A DNA stretch of 64,000 nt from assembly GCA_964252035.1 (NCBI GenBank), contig OZ176212.1; one strand, written 5' to 3'. Shown here one piece after another: positions 27,225 through 39,773 of this stretch; the stretch's first letter is position 1, and the number at the start of each line of letters is the position of its first letter. The translations under genes and the position numbers were made by a program. The notes under the pieces were generated by a model. It saw only the letters and a program-made list of their open reading frames with translations. It was not told the DNA's origin and made no database searches. The DNA is from Podarcis erhardii (Eukaryota).

Positions 27225-27470
27225 ATTGATCCTGACCCAACTCCACTGGCTGCCAATAAGTTTCTGGGCCCAATTCAAAGTGCTGATGCTGGTCTATAAA
27301 GCCTCATGGCTCATGACCTCAATGAGTTACCGACCATCTCTCCCATATGAACCGACCTTGTTCCTGTGCCTGTCACCCAAGGCCATTCTCTTTGTCTCCT
27401 CTCCCTGAGAGGTTTTGGAGAGTGACAACATGAAATGGGCTTTTTCTTTGGTGGCTCCTCATCTGTGGAA
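27225..27470 (+). mobile_element. L2-like LINE ORF2 C-terminal fragment, part of the duplicated inter-V spacer
   Basis: LTQLHWLPISFWAQFKVLMLVYKA motif; paralogous copies at about 27800, 32810, 38690 and 44690. Confidence 0.6.
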
Positions 27471-29335
27471 TAGCTCCATCATTGCAGGTCTTTGGGTGCC
27501 TGGTGAACTGACTCCCCTGAATCTATCAACATAGGCCTAGAGATCTGCATAAGAGGGCCTTAACTAAACATCCACTATTGCAGCCTAATGTGTGCCTTCA
27601 GTCTACAACAGCACAAAATGTCATGAGAAAAACTGCACTAGAAAAACTGTCTTCCTAGACATTGGTAAAGGAAAATATATTTGGTCTTGGAAGGAAGCTG
27701 AGAAGCTCTCTGGGAGAAAGGCACAGGTGGGGGAAATGAGGGAAGGGACTGTCTCAAAACTGTCACAATATATGCTTCAGACTAATCTGAATGGACTAAG
27801 GATTGATCCTGGCCCAACTGCACTGGATGCCAATTACTTTCTGGGCCCAATTCAAAGTGCTGGTGCTGATCTATAATGCCTCATTGAGGCATCTAATCAT
27901 AAGCCTGCATTTTTATCAAAGCTTCTATATTTTGATCAGGGCCTGAATTTTAAAATGAGCTTAAAGATTTTCAAATGTTTCATGCCAGGCAGAAGACTAA
28001 AAAACCTTGGCAATGTTTTTTCTCCTAGACAAGGGGGCCCCCTGATTTATAGCAGAAAACAATTCTCAAAGTCGTAAAAAAGGGAATTACAGGCTGAGAG
28101 CGAGGACACTGACCTTGCATGTTACAGAAGATAAAAAAAGGCTGAGAAAACATAAAATTAAGAATGGGTAAATAGTACAATAATACCATGTGCCTCCCAG
28201 TAAAATGAGCCATATCTTCTTCTTAAGGTTAAAAGGCCAAGAGCAAATGGAAAAGAAAAGCAACTGGTCTGGCTGGAAGAAAGAGAGCATTTTTGGGAAA
28301 GTCTTTTCTAAAGCTGTTTCTTTCTTAAACTGAGATCCTTTTAAGATTTCTTTTCCTTTTAAAAGGCTACCTATGATAATGTATGAAATATATTAGCTTA
28401 AATGTAATTATGCAAAGGATTTAAGAAATGCTAGATTCTTATTTCATAGAGTCATATTGCAGTAGGAGACCAGAAGGGCAAATGAGCCCAGCCTCCTGCC
28501 AGACAGGAGACGCCATCGGGCGCTCCTGATATATGGTTGTCAGGCCTTTTTGTTTAGAAACCTTCAAATGAAGGAGATCTTTCAATGTTGATGTGAACTC
28601 AAGATCCTTGACATCTGTTTAAGATAGAAGTTCAAGATAAAAATTTAAGATTAACCATTTGTTTTGGAAGGCAATAGGGCAAGGAGGGCAAGAGGTGAGC
28701 TGGTAATTAAGATTCCTTGTTGAGACACATGTAAGATATATTACTACTTATTTGTCATTTATAGATAGCTCTTTGTGTCCCATAAAAGGGCAAGGAAATG
28801 GGTGTATCTTTTGTGATTGGTTCTAGCAAACAGCCAATAGGAATTTCAACTAGGCTGATTGGACAGAGGCAGCCAAAGGAGGAGCAAAGGGGCTGGATTA
28901 AGGAAATATAAGTGCTGGCCAGAATGGCAGGAGGCCAGGCCAGAGCTTGGTAACCATGTACCACTGTGCCTCTCATTTATTTGTCTGACAAATAAATTAC
29001 TATTTTAATTTCTCTATTGCTGCGTTGAATATTTCATTCCAGCTAAGCGTTAACCACAAGCAGGGTGCTACATCATGGCTCAGGACCTCAAGGCCTGTCC
29101 CATAGGAAGCAATCTAGTCCCTGTGCTTGTCAAAGAGCTTTTTTTTTTTTTTTTTTTGCGGCTGACAATATTAAAGCACCTCATTGCAGACTGGAGTGTG
29201 GCCAATAAATGAAATCGGTGGACCATTAATCATTTATGGTTTGTGGCTTTCTAGTTTCTTGCCTTTGCTGCTCCCTCTGGTTATTTGTCACAAAATGAAA
29301 TGCAGTGAGTGGTTTTTGGGATCTCACTCACTGTA

Positions 29336-29788
29336 CTTCTCGCACAGTAATAGACAGCCGTGTCTTCTGCTTTCAGGTTGTTTATTTGCAGATAGAAGTT
29401 GGAGCTGTCATTTGAGGCTGTGGATCGCCCTTGAATTGTAGGGGAATAATAAGTGTTCCCAGCATAATAGTAGTAAACAAGCCATTGCAACCCTTTTCTA
29501 GGTTTTTGTCAGACCCATTCCATATAGTACTTATCAACATCAAACCCAGTGACAGGACAGGTGAGTTTGTGAGATTCTCCAGGTTTCTTTAGAACTGGAT
29601 CCGACTGGGTCAGAACAATTTGTGTGAGAGTGCCTGGAATAGGAAGGAAGGAAAAATAGCTGAAATGGGAAAAGCAACAGCCCACAGTTATCACATGAAA
29701 CTCACAATGAATTAAGGGAGGGAAAAGACCTCAACATACATGAGAAAGATGCAGACAGCGCAATGAGCACTGGCAGTAAAAACAGCAT
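29336..29788 (-). pseudogene. IGHV: IGHV-type V segment V3 (pseudogene)
   Basis: Leader 29740-29788 and exon 29336-29633 with WV-TGA (CGA to TGA). Heptamer TACAGTG; a 14-nt deletion shortens the spacer to 9 bp. Confidence 0.9.
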
Positions 29789-30326
29789 AATGGTGGGATA
29801 GTCTGGATCTAAAAGAGACATAATGTGCCATTGCAGGAAGTCGGTGTGAGGTATGAGCCTTTGAAGGCTTAAGAAGGACACTCCTTTTTGCACCTTTGCA
29901 TAAATCAGCAAATATAAGAAGGGTGGAAGCAGTACAATATGGAACCATATCTCTTGCCTTTTCATCAAGTATGTTTTTAAAACATCTATGCCAGGGATTA
30001 TATAGAATGCTTATCAACAAAGGTATCAAACTCGATAGGTAACACATGTAATCTACAAAATGATTTTTAAAAATTGAACAGTAGATATAGAAAAATAAAT
30101 AAATACATATATGTATCAGTCTGGTTCAAATGGAATAAAAATTGAGACTAGGTCCCTCCTTCCAGTAATGTTCTGACCTTGCTGTTTTTCCTAGAACAGC
30201 CATTTGGGGATCCTTATGCCTGACTTAGATGCTCCAGGCTCAGTTCAGCCAGCTGGATTCCTGCTGCACCTGGGCAGCTCTGGTAGGATGACATGTCTGA
30301 GGTCTAGTGGGATCTCACTCACTGTG

Positions 30327-30782
30327 TCTCTCGCACAGTAATAGACAGCCGTGTCTTCTGCTTTCAGGTTGTTCATTTGCAGATAGAAGTTGGAGCTGTC
30401 CTTAGAGGCTATGAATCGCCCTTGGATTGTAGGGGAATAATAATCAGTGCTCCCAGGTTTGTAGTAGTGAAGAAGCCATTCCAATCCTTTTCCAGGTTTT
30501 TGTCGAACCCAGCCCATATAGTAGCTGTTAACATCAAACCCAGTGACAGCACAGGTGAGTTTATGGGATTCTCCAGGTTTCTTCAGTACTGGATCCGACT
30601 GAGTCAGAACAATTTGTGTGAGGGTGCCTAGAATAGGAAGGCAGGGGGAAAAGCTGAAATAGGAAAAGCAACAGCCCAAAGTAATCAGATGGAACTCACA
30701 ATGAATTAATGAAGGAAAAAGACCTCAACATACATGGGAAAGAGGCAGCCAAGGCAATGAGCACTGGCAGTAAAGACAGCAT
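30327..30782 (-). CDS. IGHV: IGHV-type V segment V4: open reading frame, RSS nonamer lost
   Basis: Leader 30734-30782 and exon 30327-30627 are open. Heptamer CACAGTG 30320-30326 and the 23-bp spacer are intact, but the nonamer position reads ACATGTCAT because of a deletion. Near-identical to V9. Confidence 0.88.
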
Positions 30783-31039
30783 AATGGTGGGATAGTCTGG
30801 ATCAGAAAGAGACTTAATGTGCCGTTGCAGGAAGTCTGGGTGCAGCGTGAGACTTTTAAGCCTGAAGAGGGAGACTACTTTTTGCAGCTTTGCATAAATC
30901 AACGAATATAAGAGGGGAGGAACCAATATAATATGCAACCATATCTCTTGTCTTTTCATCAAGTGTGCATTTAAAGCATCTATGCTACAGATTACATAGA
31001 ATGTTTGTAAACAAAGTTTTAAAACTCGATGGGTAACAT

Positions 31040-31178
31040 TGTTGTTGTTGTTTGTTGTTTAGTCGTTTAGTCGTGTCTGACTCTTCGTGACCCCATGAAA
31101 CAGAGCACCCCAGGCACTCCTGTCTTCCACTGCCTCCCGCAGTTTGGTCAGACTCATGTTTGTAGCTTCGAGAACATA
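31040..31178 (-). mobile_element. Very short RTE/BovB 3' fragment
   Basis: (CAA)n tail; ggtaacat duplicated at 31032-31039 and 31179-31186; empty-site paralog at about 47750. Confidence 0.8.
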
Positions 31179-31324
31179 GGTAACATAGGTAATCTACAAA
31201 ATGATTTTTTTTAAAAAAGGGAAAAAAAAGAACAGTAGATTTTGTTAAATTATGAAAAAAGAATATAGTTATCAGTCTGGTTCAAATGGAATAAAAATTT
31301 TGACTAGTTTCCCCATTAATGCAT

Positions 31325-31759
31325 TGTAATGGTTTTAAGGGGTTGCTCGTGCGTAAGTTACCGCCACTCCTGGCTAGCTAGCCTGGTTAAACCTGTTCTG
31401 GCTGGACAGCCCTTCACTTCGTGGCTGTTCAGTCGCTAGCAGAATCCGTCAGTGGGCGTTTCTTGAACCTCTTCCAGCAAAGAAGTTCTTTGACGCCAAG
31501 TCTATGCCTACTTTCCCTGCGCGGAAGTCTTCTGCGCAGGGTGGGTGTGGGTAGCGGAGGACCCGTGCTCTCCCCGCTGGTCTCCAGCGAAGAGTCTTGG
31601 AGCCCCCTTGCCTATTCTCCCATCTGCCCTCCTCTATTCCTGGTGTTACGCGGATTTCCTTCCCCAGCCGAAGAGTTCCCTCTCTCCCTGCTTGCCCCTT
31701 CTCTGGCATCGCTTGGGAGCTCTGCCTCCACTCCTGGCTCCAATGTCAGTTCCCTGACA
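31325..31759. mobile_element. Solo LTR (435 bp)
   Basis: TG...CA termini (tgtaatgg...ccctgaca) with a perfect 5-bp duplication tgcat (31320-31324, 31760-31764). Absent at the paralogous site near 47870-47900. Confidence 0.85.
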
Positions 31760-31911
31760 TGCATTGTCCAGACCTTGCCATGTCCCCTAAAACTACCTTT
31801 GGGGGTAGATCCTCCAGCCTCTGTTCAGCCACCTGGATTAATGTTGCATCCAGACAGCTCAGGTAGGATGACATTTCTCCAACTGAGAGGATTTGGGTGA
31901 GACACTTGAAG

Positions 31912-32189
31912 GGACCCACTCTATAACATTTCTATTAACATCAAATCCAGTAATAGCACAGGTGAGTTTATGGGATTCTCCAGGTTTCTTCAATACTGGG
32001 TCCAACTGCATCAGAACTATCTGTGTGAGGGCACCTGGAATTGGAAACGGGAAATAGATGAGATAGAAAAAGCAGCAGCCCACATGAGATCCACAATAAA
32101 GGAAGGAAGGAATAAGATGTAGATGTAAAGTTCAACGCACCTGAGGAAGAGGCAGCCAGTGCAATGAGCATTGACAATAAAGATGGCAT
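31912..32189 (-). pseudogene. IGHV: IGHV-type V segment V5 (3'-truncated after the FR2 Trp)
   Basis: Leader 32141-32189; exon from 32034 reads [22 protein letters not shown]...NRNVIEWV and then joins flanking DNA. No FR3 or RSS. Confidence 0.88.
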
Positions 32190-32461
32190 AGTGATACAAT
32201 TCTCTGGCTCTGAAAAGGACTTAATATGCTGTCTGTGTGAGAAGTGAGACTTTGAAGACTTAGGTAGGACACCCAAAGTCTTGTAGCTTTGCATAAATCA
32301 GTGAGCATAAGAAGGGAGAGTATTAATATGGAATCCAAATTCTACACACCCTGCCTTCTCATCAAGTGTGCACTTAAAATATCTATGCCATAGATTCTAT
32401 GCATGCACATTATCAAATTCTCAAACCCACCCTATATTAGATAATCCATGAAATCTTTGTA

Positions 32462-32719
32462 CAGTGGTATCTTGGGTTAAGTACGTAGTTCGTTCCGGAG
32501 GTCTGTTCTTAACCTGAAACTGTTCTTAACCTGAAGCACCACTTTAGCTAATGGGGCCTCCCACCGCTGCCGCGCCGCTGGAGGACAATTTCTGTTCTCA
32601 ACCTGAAGCAAAGTTCTTAACCCAAGGTACTATTTCTGGCTTAGAGGAGTCTGTAACCTGAAGCATCTGTAACCTGAAGCGTATGCAACCTGAAGCGTAT
32701 GTAATCCGAGGTACCACTG
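32462..32719. mobile_element. Tigger/pogo-type MITE
   Basis: TIRs cagtggta.../...taccactg; TA duplicated relative to the empty paralogous site ctttgTAtatgttttt (for example about 27133 and 38595). Confidence 0.88.
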
Positions 32720-33166
32720 TATATGTTTTTAATGATAAAACAGTAGGGGACTTTAAAAGGATAAAAGAAAACAATATATGTTTCAGACTAATCTGAATGG
32801 ACTAAGGATTCATCGTGGCCGAACTGCACTGGCAGCCAATTAGTTTCTGGGCCTAATGCAAAGTGCTGATGCTGATCTATAATGCCTCATGGCTTAGGAC
32901 CTCAAGGCCTTAAGGACTACATCTCCCATATGAACCAACCTATTCCCTGTGCTTGTCACAGAGCTGTTCTTTTGCATCTGACAATATTAGAGCAACTCAT
33001 TGCAGACTGGAGCATGATCAAAAAATGAAATTGGTGGACCATCAGTCATTTCTGGTTTGTGGCTTTCTGGTTTGTTGCCCTTTGCTGCTGCCTCTGGTTA
33101 TTTGTCACAAAATGAAATGCAGTGAAGGGTTTTTGTCTGAGGACTAGTGGCATCTCACTCACTGTG

Positions 33167-33622
33167 CGTCTCGCACAGTAATAGACAGCCGTGTCTTCTG
33201 CTTTCAGGTTGTTCATTTGCAGATAGAAGTTGGAGCTGTCCATTGAGGCTGTAAATCACCCTTGGATTGTAGGGGAATAATCTTGCCTGCATCAAACTTT
33301 TTTGTAGCGAACAAGCCATTCCAATCCTTTTCCAGGTTTTTGTCAGACCCACACCATAACATATCCATTAACATCAAATCCAGTAACAGCACAGGTGAGT
33401 TTGTGAGATTCTCCAGGTTTCTTCAGTACTGAATCTGACTGGGTCAGAACAATTTGGGTGAGGGTACCTAGAATAGGAAGGCAGGAAAAATAGCTCAAAT
33501 AGGAAAAGCAACAGCCTACAGTTATCACATGAAACCCACAATGAATTAAGGAAGGAAAAAGACCTTGACATACATGGGAAAGAAGCAGCCAGGGCAATGA
33601 GCACTGGCAGTAAAGAAACCAT
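33167..33622 (-). pseudogene. IGHV: IGHV-type V segment V6 (pseudogene with intact RSS)
   Basis: Leader 33574-33622 and exon 33167-33467 with WV-TGA, a disrupted CDR2 and a second TGA at GRF. RSS: CACAGTG 33160-33166, 23 bp, ACAAAAACC 33128-33136. Confidence 0.9.
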
Positions 33623-33785
33623 AATGGTGGGATAGTCTGGATGAGAAAGAGACGTAATGTGCTGTGGCAGGAAGTCTGGGTGGGGTGTGAGGCTTTGAAG
33701 GCTTAAGGGGGACACTCCTTTTCGAGGTTTTGCATAAATCAGTGATTATAAGAAGGGAATATATTAATATGGAACCATATCTCTT

Positions 33786-36700
33786 TTTATATATATATAT
33801 ATTTATTCAATTTTTAAAACACATAATTAAAAGACAAACACATCACAAAACATAAACAAACATAAACAAATCAGACATAAATAAATTCATAGTCTTATTT
33901 TCCTGTAACTTCTTTCAATCGACTTCCCCATACCTCCCTTTCGCTGCATCCTTATTTTAAAAAGAATTTTTTAGCAACCCTTTAGTCAAATTGCTCATTT
34001 AAATCCCTTCATTAAATTCCCATAAATTTGTTGATTACAGCTGTAATTCTCTGTTTCTTACCCCTTGACATCTTAACACTCATCAATTTTACAACAGTTT
34101 TTAAGGTATATTTTAAATTTCTTCCAGTCTTCTTCCACTGCCTCTTTCCCCTGGTCACGAATTCTGCCGGTCATCTCTGCCAGTCCCATGAAGTCAATCA
34201 CCTTTGTCTGCCATTCTTCAAGAGTAGGTAGTTCTTGCATCTTCCAATACTTTGCCAGAAGAATTCTTGCTGCAGTAGTAGCATACATAAAGAAAGTCCT
34301 ATCCTTCTTTGGCACCAATTGGCCAACCATGCCCAGGAGAAAAGCCTCTGGTTTCTTAGTAAATGTCCATTTAAGGACTTTCTTAATTTCATTATAGATC
34401 ATTTCCCAGAATGCTTTCACCCTCGGGCAGGTCCACCATAGGTGATAAAAGGTACCTTCATTCTCATTACATTTCCAACATTTATTATTGGGCAAATGGT
34501 AAATTTTTGCAAGCTTGACTGGGGTCATGTACCACCTGTAAATCATTTTCATTATATTTTCTTTTAAGGCATTACATGCCGTGAACTTAACACCAGTGGT
34601 CCATAACTGTTCCCAGTCAGCAAACATAATGTCATGACCGATATCCTGTGCCCATTTAATCATAGCTGATTTCACCGTTTCCTCCTGTGTATTCCATTTA
34701 AGCAGCAAATTATACATACTTGACAGATTCTTAGTATTGGGATCTAACAGTTCCGTTTCTAACTTTGACCTCTCCTTCTGGAATCCTATTTTCCTGTCCT
34801 CTTTAAATGTCTCATTTATCTGGTAGTAATGCAACCAATCTCGAACTTTGGACTTTAGTTTTTCATAACTCTGAAGCTTGACCCTTTCACCTTCATATTC
34901 TAAGATTTCACAATATTTTGGCCATTTAGAATCCATATTAAGTTTTTTCACCCCCTTGGCTTCCATTGGTGACAACCACCTGGGAGTTTTAGTTTCCAAT
35001 AGATCTTTGTATCTGCTCCAAACATTATATAATGCTTTTCTAACAATATGATTTTTAAAACCTTTGTACACCATTGCCTTGTTATACCATAAGTATGCAT
35101 GCCAACCAAAACAATTATCATATCCTTCCAAATCTAAGATGTCTGTGTTCTCAAGAAGTAGCCAGTCTTTCAGCCAGCAGAAAACTGCTGCTTCGTAATA
35201 TAATCTTAAGTCCGGCAGAGCAAACCCCCCTCTATCTTTTGCATCAGTTAAAATCTTAAACTTTATTCTGGGCTTTTTGCCCTGCCAGACAAATTTTGAT
35301 ATATCTTTCTGCCACCTCTTGAAACAATCCATCTTGTCCAGAATTTGTAAGGTCTGAAACAAAAATAACATTCTAGGCAATACATTCATCTTGATAGTAG
35401 CAATTCGACCTAACAAGGACAGTTTCAACCTTGACCATGTTTCTAAATCTTTCTTTACTTCTGACCAACATTTTTCATAATTGTCTTTAAATAAGTTCAC
35501 ATTCTTAGATGTTAAGTTTACCCCCAGGTATTTCACTTTCTTCGTTATCTCCAAACCTGTTTCACTCTGAAACCTCTCTCTTTCTTCCATTGTTAAGTTT
35601 TTCTCCAAAACCTTTGTTTTCTGTTTATTCAATTTAAATCCTGCTACTTGACCAAATATTTCAATTAGTTCTAACACTCTTTTAGTACTAGTGTCTGGCT
35701 GTTGCAGAGTCAAAACTAGGTCATCTGCAAATGCTCTTAATTTATAATATCTAGCTCCGACCTGAATTCCTTTAACCAACTGATCCCTTCTAATCATATT
35801 TAACAAAACCTCCAGGACTGATATAAAGAGTAGAGGGGATATTGGGCAACCATGTCGTGTACCTTTTTCTATAGATATTTCTTCCGTTACCACATTATTT
35901 ACAATTAACTTTGCTTTTTGTTCTGAATATATTGCACCTATACCGTTTTCAAAACCATGGCCTACCCCCATCCCTTGGAGATTCTTTTCCATAAAACTCC
36001 AGCAAATGTTGTCAAAGGCTTTCTCCGCATCCACGAAAATTTAAACAGCCTTTCTATTAATGTCAACTTCTAACAGCTCCAAAATATCGATAATGTTCCT
36101 CACATTAGCTGACATATATCTCCCTGGGAGAAAGCCAGTTTGGTCCTTATGAATCTCCCCTAATAACACTCTCTTCAATCTTTTTGCCAAAATGTCTGCA
36201 AAAATTTTATAATCCACATTGAGTAAAGATATAGGGCGGTAGTTTTTAACCTGGTTTTTTTCAGTCTCTGTTTTCGGTATAAGCGAGATGAAAGCCTCTT
36301 TCCACGATTCAGGTGCCTTTTTCCCCTCCATAATTTCATTACAAACTTCCTTTAATGGTTGTATTAACCAATCCTTCAGCATTTTGTAGTAACTGGCAGT
36401 CAAGCCATCTGGTCCTGGTGATTTTCCCAGTTGCATATTCTGGATGGCACCCTCTATCTCTTGTTCTGTTATTTTCTCATTCAGGATCCTTTTATTTTGT
36501 TCTGAAATTTTTGGTAATCCGTAATTTCTAAGAAATTCTTCAATTTCTTGTTCGTTTACTGGCCCTTGTGTATATAATTTCCTGAAAAAACTTTGAAAAC
36601 AATTACTTATCTCGTTGGGTTTGTAAATAGTCTTTCCCTCCATCTCTAAACTCGTCACTGTATTCAGTTTCTGCCTCTTTTTTAGTTGCCATGACAAAAG

Positions 36701-36872
36701 TTTCCCACATTTATCTGCAGATTCAAATGTTTTTTGTCTCATTTGCTTTATTTTCCATTCTATTTCTTGATTCATCAATTCCATATATTGCATCTGATAG
36801 TACTTTATCTCTCTCAAGATCTCTTGGGACTTTGCTAGCGTCCCAGATTATTCTTTTCTCCACGTCTGTTCT
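33786..36872 (-). mobile_element. 5'-truncated L1/Tx1-clade LINE (ORF2 RT and C-terminal Cys domain) inserted upstream of V6
   Basis: ORFs 36041-36817 and 34073-36034 are in the same frame, separated by one TAA. Motifs: KSPGPDG, YRPISLLNVDYKI, DAEKAFD, HGCPISP, FADD, CWKC. 11-bp TSD ccatatctctt at 33775-33785 and 36873-36883. Confidence 0.95.
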
Positions 36873-37859
36873 CCATATCTCTTGCATTTTCATCAAGTGT
36901 GTTTTTAAAACATCTATGCCACAGATTATAGAAGATCCATACTAACAAACGTTTCAAATTAGAAGGTTAACATAGTTAATCTACAAAATGATTTTTTTAA
37001 AAAATAGGACAGTAGATATGGTTAATAAAAGAAGAATATGTATGTCAGTCTGGTTCAAATGGAATAAAAATTGAGATTAGGTCCCTCCTTCCAGTAATAT
37101 CCTGACCTTGCAATTTTCCCTAGAACACCCATTTGGGGATCCTTATGCTAGCCTTAGGTGCCGCAGGCTCAGTTCAGCCACCTGGATTCCTGCTGCAGCT
37201 GGGAACCTCAAATAGAAGAGCATGTCTCCAGCTGAGTGGATTTGGGTAATGCATTCCATTGCGACCCCATTCATCCAAGTGTCCTCTGCTCCAGGACAGC
37301 CAGCTAAAAAGCACTTATACACACCTCCAATCAATCCATGTCCAATGTTCTTACCAATTGGGATAAATGCCTCAATTTAGAATGTTTGATGAAGGAGTAA
37401 TGTCTTTTGCAATTGCTGAAAAGACAATAAAGGTGTTTGTCTAACACACAATGGGGAGGAGTTGCAAAGGGCAGGAGCAGCTACACTAAATGACCAATCT
37501 TGCATTGTGCAGAATGGACATCTTCATTGGTTGGTATCAGTAGGGTTAAGGTTATGTCCTAGCTCCCTTCAATCAACCTACATAGGCCTACAAAACTGCA
37601 TCCGAAGGCCTTAACAGAACATCCACAACTGCAGTGGGTTCAGTTTCCAACAGCACAAATTATCATGTAAAAAACCTTTCTAGAAAAACTGCCTTCCTAG
37701 ACATCGTTAAAGGAAAATATATTTTGTCTTAGAAGGAATTGGTGGAGCATTGATCATTTCTGGCTTGTGGCCCTTTGCTGCCCCCTCTGGTTATTTGTCA
37801 CAAAATAAAATGCAGTGAAGGGTTTTTGTCTGAGGTCTAGTGGGATCTCACTCACTGTG

Positions 37860-38312
37860 CTTCTTGCACAGTAATAGACAGCCGTGTCTTCTGCTCTCAG
37901 GTTGTTCATTTGCAGATAGAGGTTGGAGCTGTCCGTTGAGGCTGTGAATCGCCCTTGGATTGTAGGGGAATAAAAATTGGTCCCAGGTGTATAGTACTCA
38001 GCAAGCCATTCCAATCCTTTTCCAGGTTTTTGCCGGACCCACCACATAATATTGTTGTTAACATCAAATCCAGTAACAGCACAGGTGAGTTTATGGGATT
38101 CTCCAGGTTTCTTCAATACTGGGTCTGACTGCGTCAGAACTATCTGTGTGAGGGCACCTGGAATTGCAAGTGAGAAATAGATGAGATAGAAAAAGTAACA
38201 GCCCCCATGAAACCCACATTAAATGAAGGAAGGAATAAGATGTAGATGTAAAGTTCAACACACATGAGGAAGAGGCAGCCAGTGCAATGAGCACTGGCAA
38301 TAAAGACAGCAT
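37860..38312 (-). CDS. IGHV: IGHV-type V segment V7 (apparently functional)
   Basis: Leader 38264-38312 and exon 37860-38157 are open (…NNNIMWWVRQ…EYYTPGTNFYSP…YYCAR). RSS: CACAGTG 37853-37859, 23 bp, ACAAAAACC 37821-37829. Confidence 0.93.
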
Positions 38313-38687
38313 AGTGATGCAATGCTCTGGCTCTGAAAGGGACTTAATGTGCTGTTCCAGGAAGTCTGTGTGAGAAGTGAGGCTTTGAAGGCTTAAGTAG
38401 GACACCCAATGTCTTGTAGCTTTGCATAAATCAGTGAGCATAAGAAGGAAAACTATTAATATGGAATCCAAACTCCACACATCCTGCCTTCTCATCAAGT
38501 GTGCACTTAAAACATCTATGCCATAGATTCTATGCATGCACATTAACAAAATGATCAAACCCAAATTGCTACCTATATTAGATGATCCATGAAATCTTTG
38601 TATATGTTTTTAATGATAAAACAGTAGGGGATTTTAAAAGGAAAAAATAAAACAATATATGTTTCAGACCGATCTGAATGGACTAAG

Positions 38688-39225
38688 GATTGATCCTGAC
38701 CCAACTCCACTGGCTGTCAATAAGTTTCTGGGCCCAATTCAAAGTGCTGATGGTGGTCTATAAAGCCTCATGGCTCATGACCTCAATGAGTTACCGACCA
38801 TCTCTCCCATATGAACCGACCTTGTCCCTGTGCCTGTCACCCAAGGCCATTCTCTTTGTCTCCTCTCCCTGAGAGGTTTTGGAGAGTGACAACATGAAAT
38901 GGGCTTTTTTCTTTGGTGGCTCCTCATCTGTGGAATAGCTCCATCATTGCAGGTCTTTGGGTGCCTGGTGAACGCATTCCTCCTTACCCAGGCCTTCAGC
39001 TATTAAATAATCTATGGCGTGTTAAAAGTCTGTGTGATGGAGACTGTTATTTTGATCATTTTCTTATTATGCTTTGTAATATTATGCACTGCATCATGTT
39101 TTTTATTATGTTTTGTAAATTATGTTCTTAATGTTGCATACAGGCCTGTGATCTTTGGATAAAATCCTGTATATAAATTAAATAAATTATTATTATTATT
39201 ATTACTATTGCTATTCTTATTATCA
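38688..39225 (+). mobile_element. L2-like LINE 3' fragment with (TTA)n tail
   Basis: LTQLHWLSISFWAQFKVL motif, PHLWNS motif and ttatta tail; 5' part paralogous to 27225-27470. Confidence 0.55.
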
Positions 39226-39716
39226 TTATCTGTAGGATTTATGTAACTGCAAAGCTCCCCACATTTAATCTACTTAGTATCCAATCTTAATGAACACAAA
39301 TTTATAAGAAGGCCCAAACAGAATGCACACAAATACAGTCTGTTGACAAAAATGCTTCACTGCCTTTGATTTGGTGACTAATTGCCAGAGGGGGTACCAA
39401 AGATGCACAAACCAGTAAAACTTGTTGCAGAACGGATGTATAAAGCTGAGAAATTATAAATGCCCAACAGCTGCAATTCTTTAGCCTAGGTTCTGCCTGC
39501 AGTAAGTTGTTCCACATCTTTCTTGTTCCAATACAAAAGGTAAGTTCTGAGACAATCCTCTCCCCCCACTTCCCATCTTTGATTTTTTTTTTTTAACTTC
39601 CTTCCAGAAATGGCCCCTGTTCCTTTACAAATATTGAGGAAGGCAGAAGTTCCCCAGGTGCAACTTTTCATATGAAATTTTGTGTTGTTGGAGACTGAAT
39701 GCTTTCATCAGACTTT

Positions 39717-39773
39717 CTAGTGGGATCTCACTCACTGTGATTCTCACACAGTAACAGACAGCCATATCTTCTG
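39717..39773 (-). pseudogene. V-segment 3' remnant with heptamer only
   Basis: Minus strand reads EDMAVCYCVR then CACAGTG (39733-39739) and part of the family spacer (agtgagatcccactag). No nonamer and no upstream V. Confidence 0.75.
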
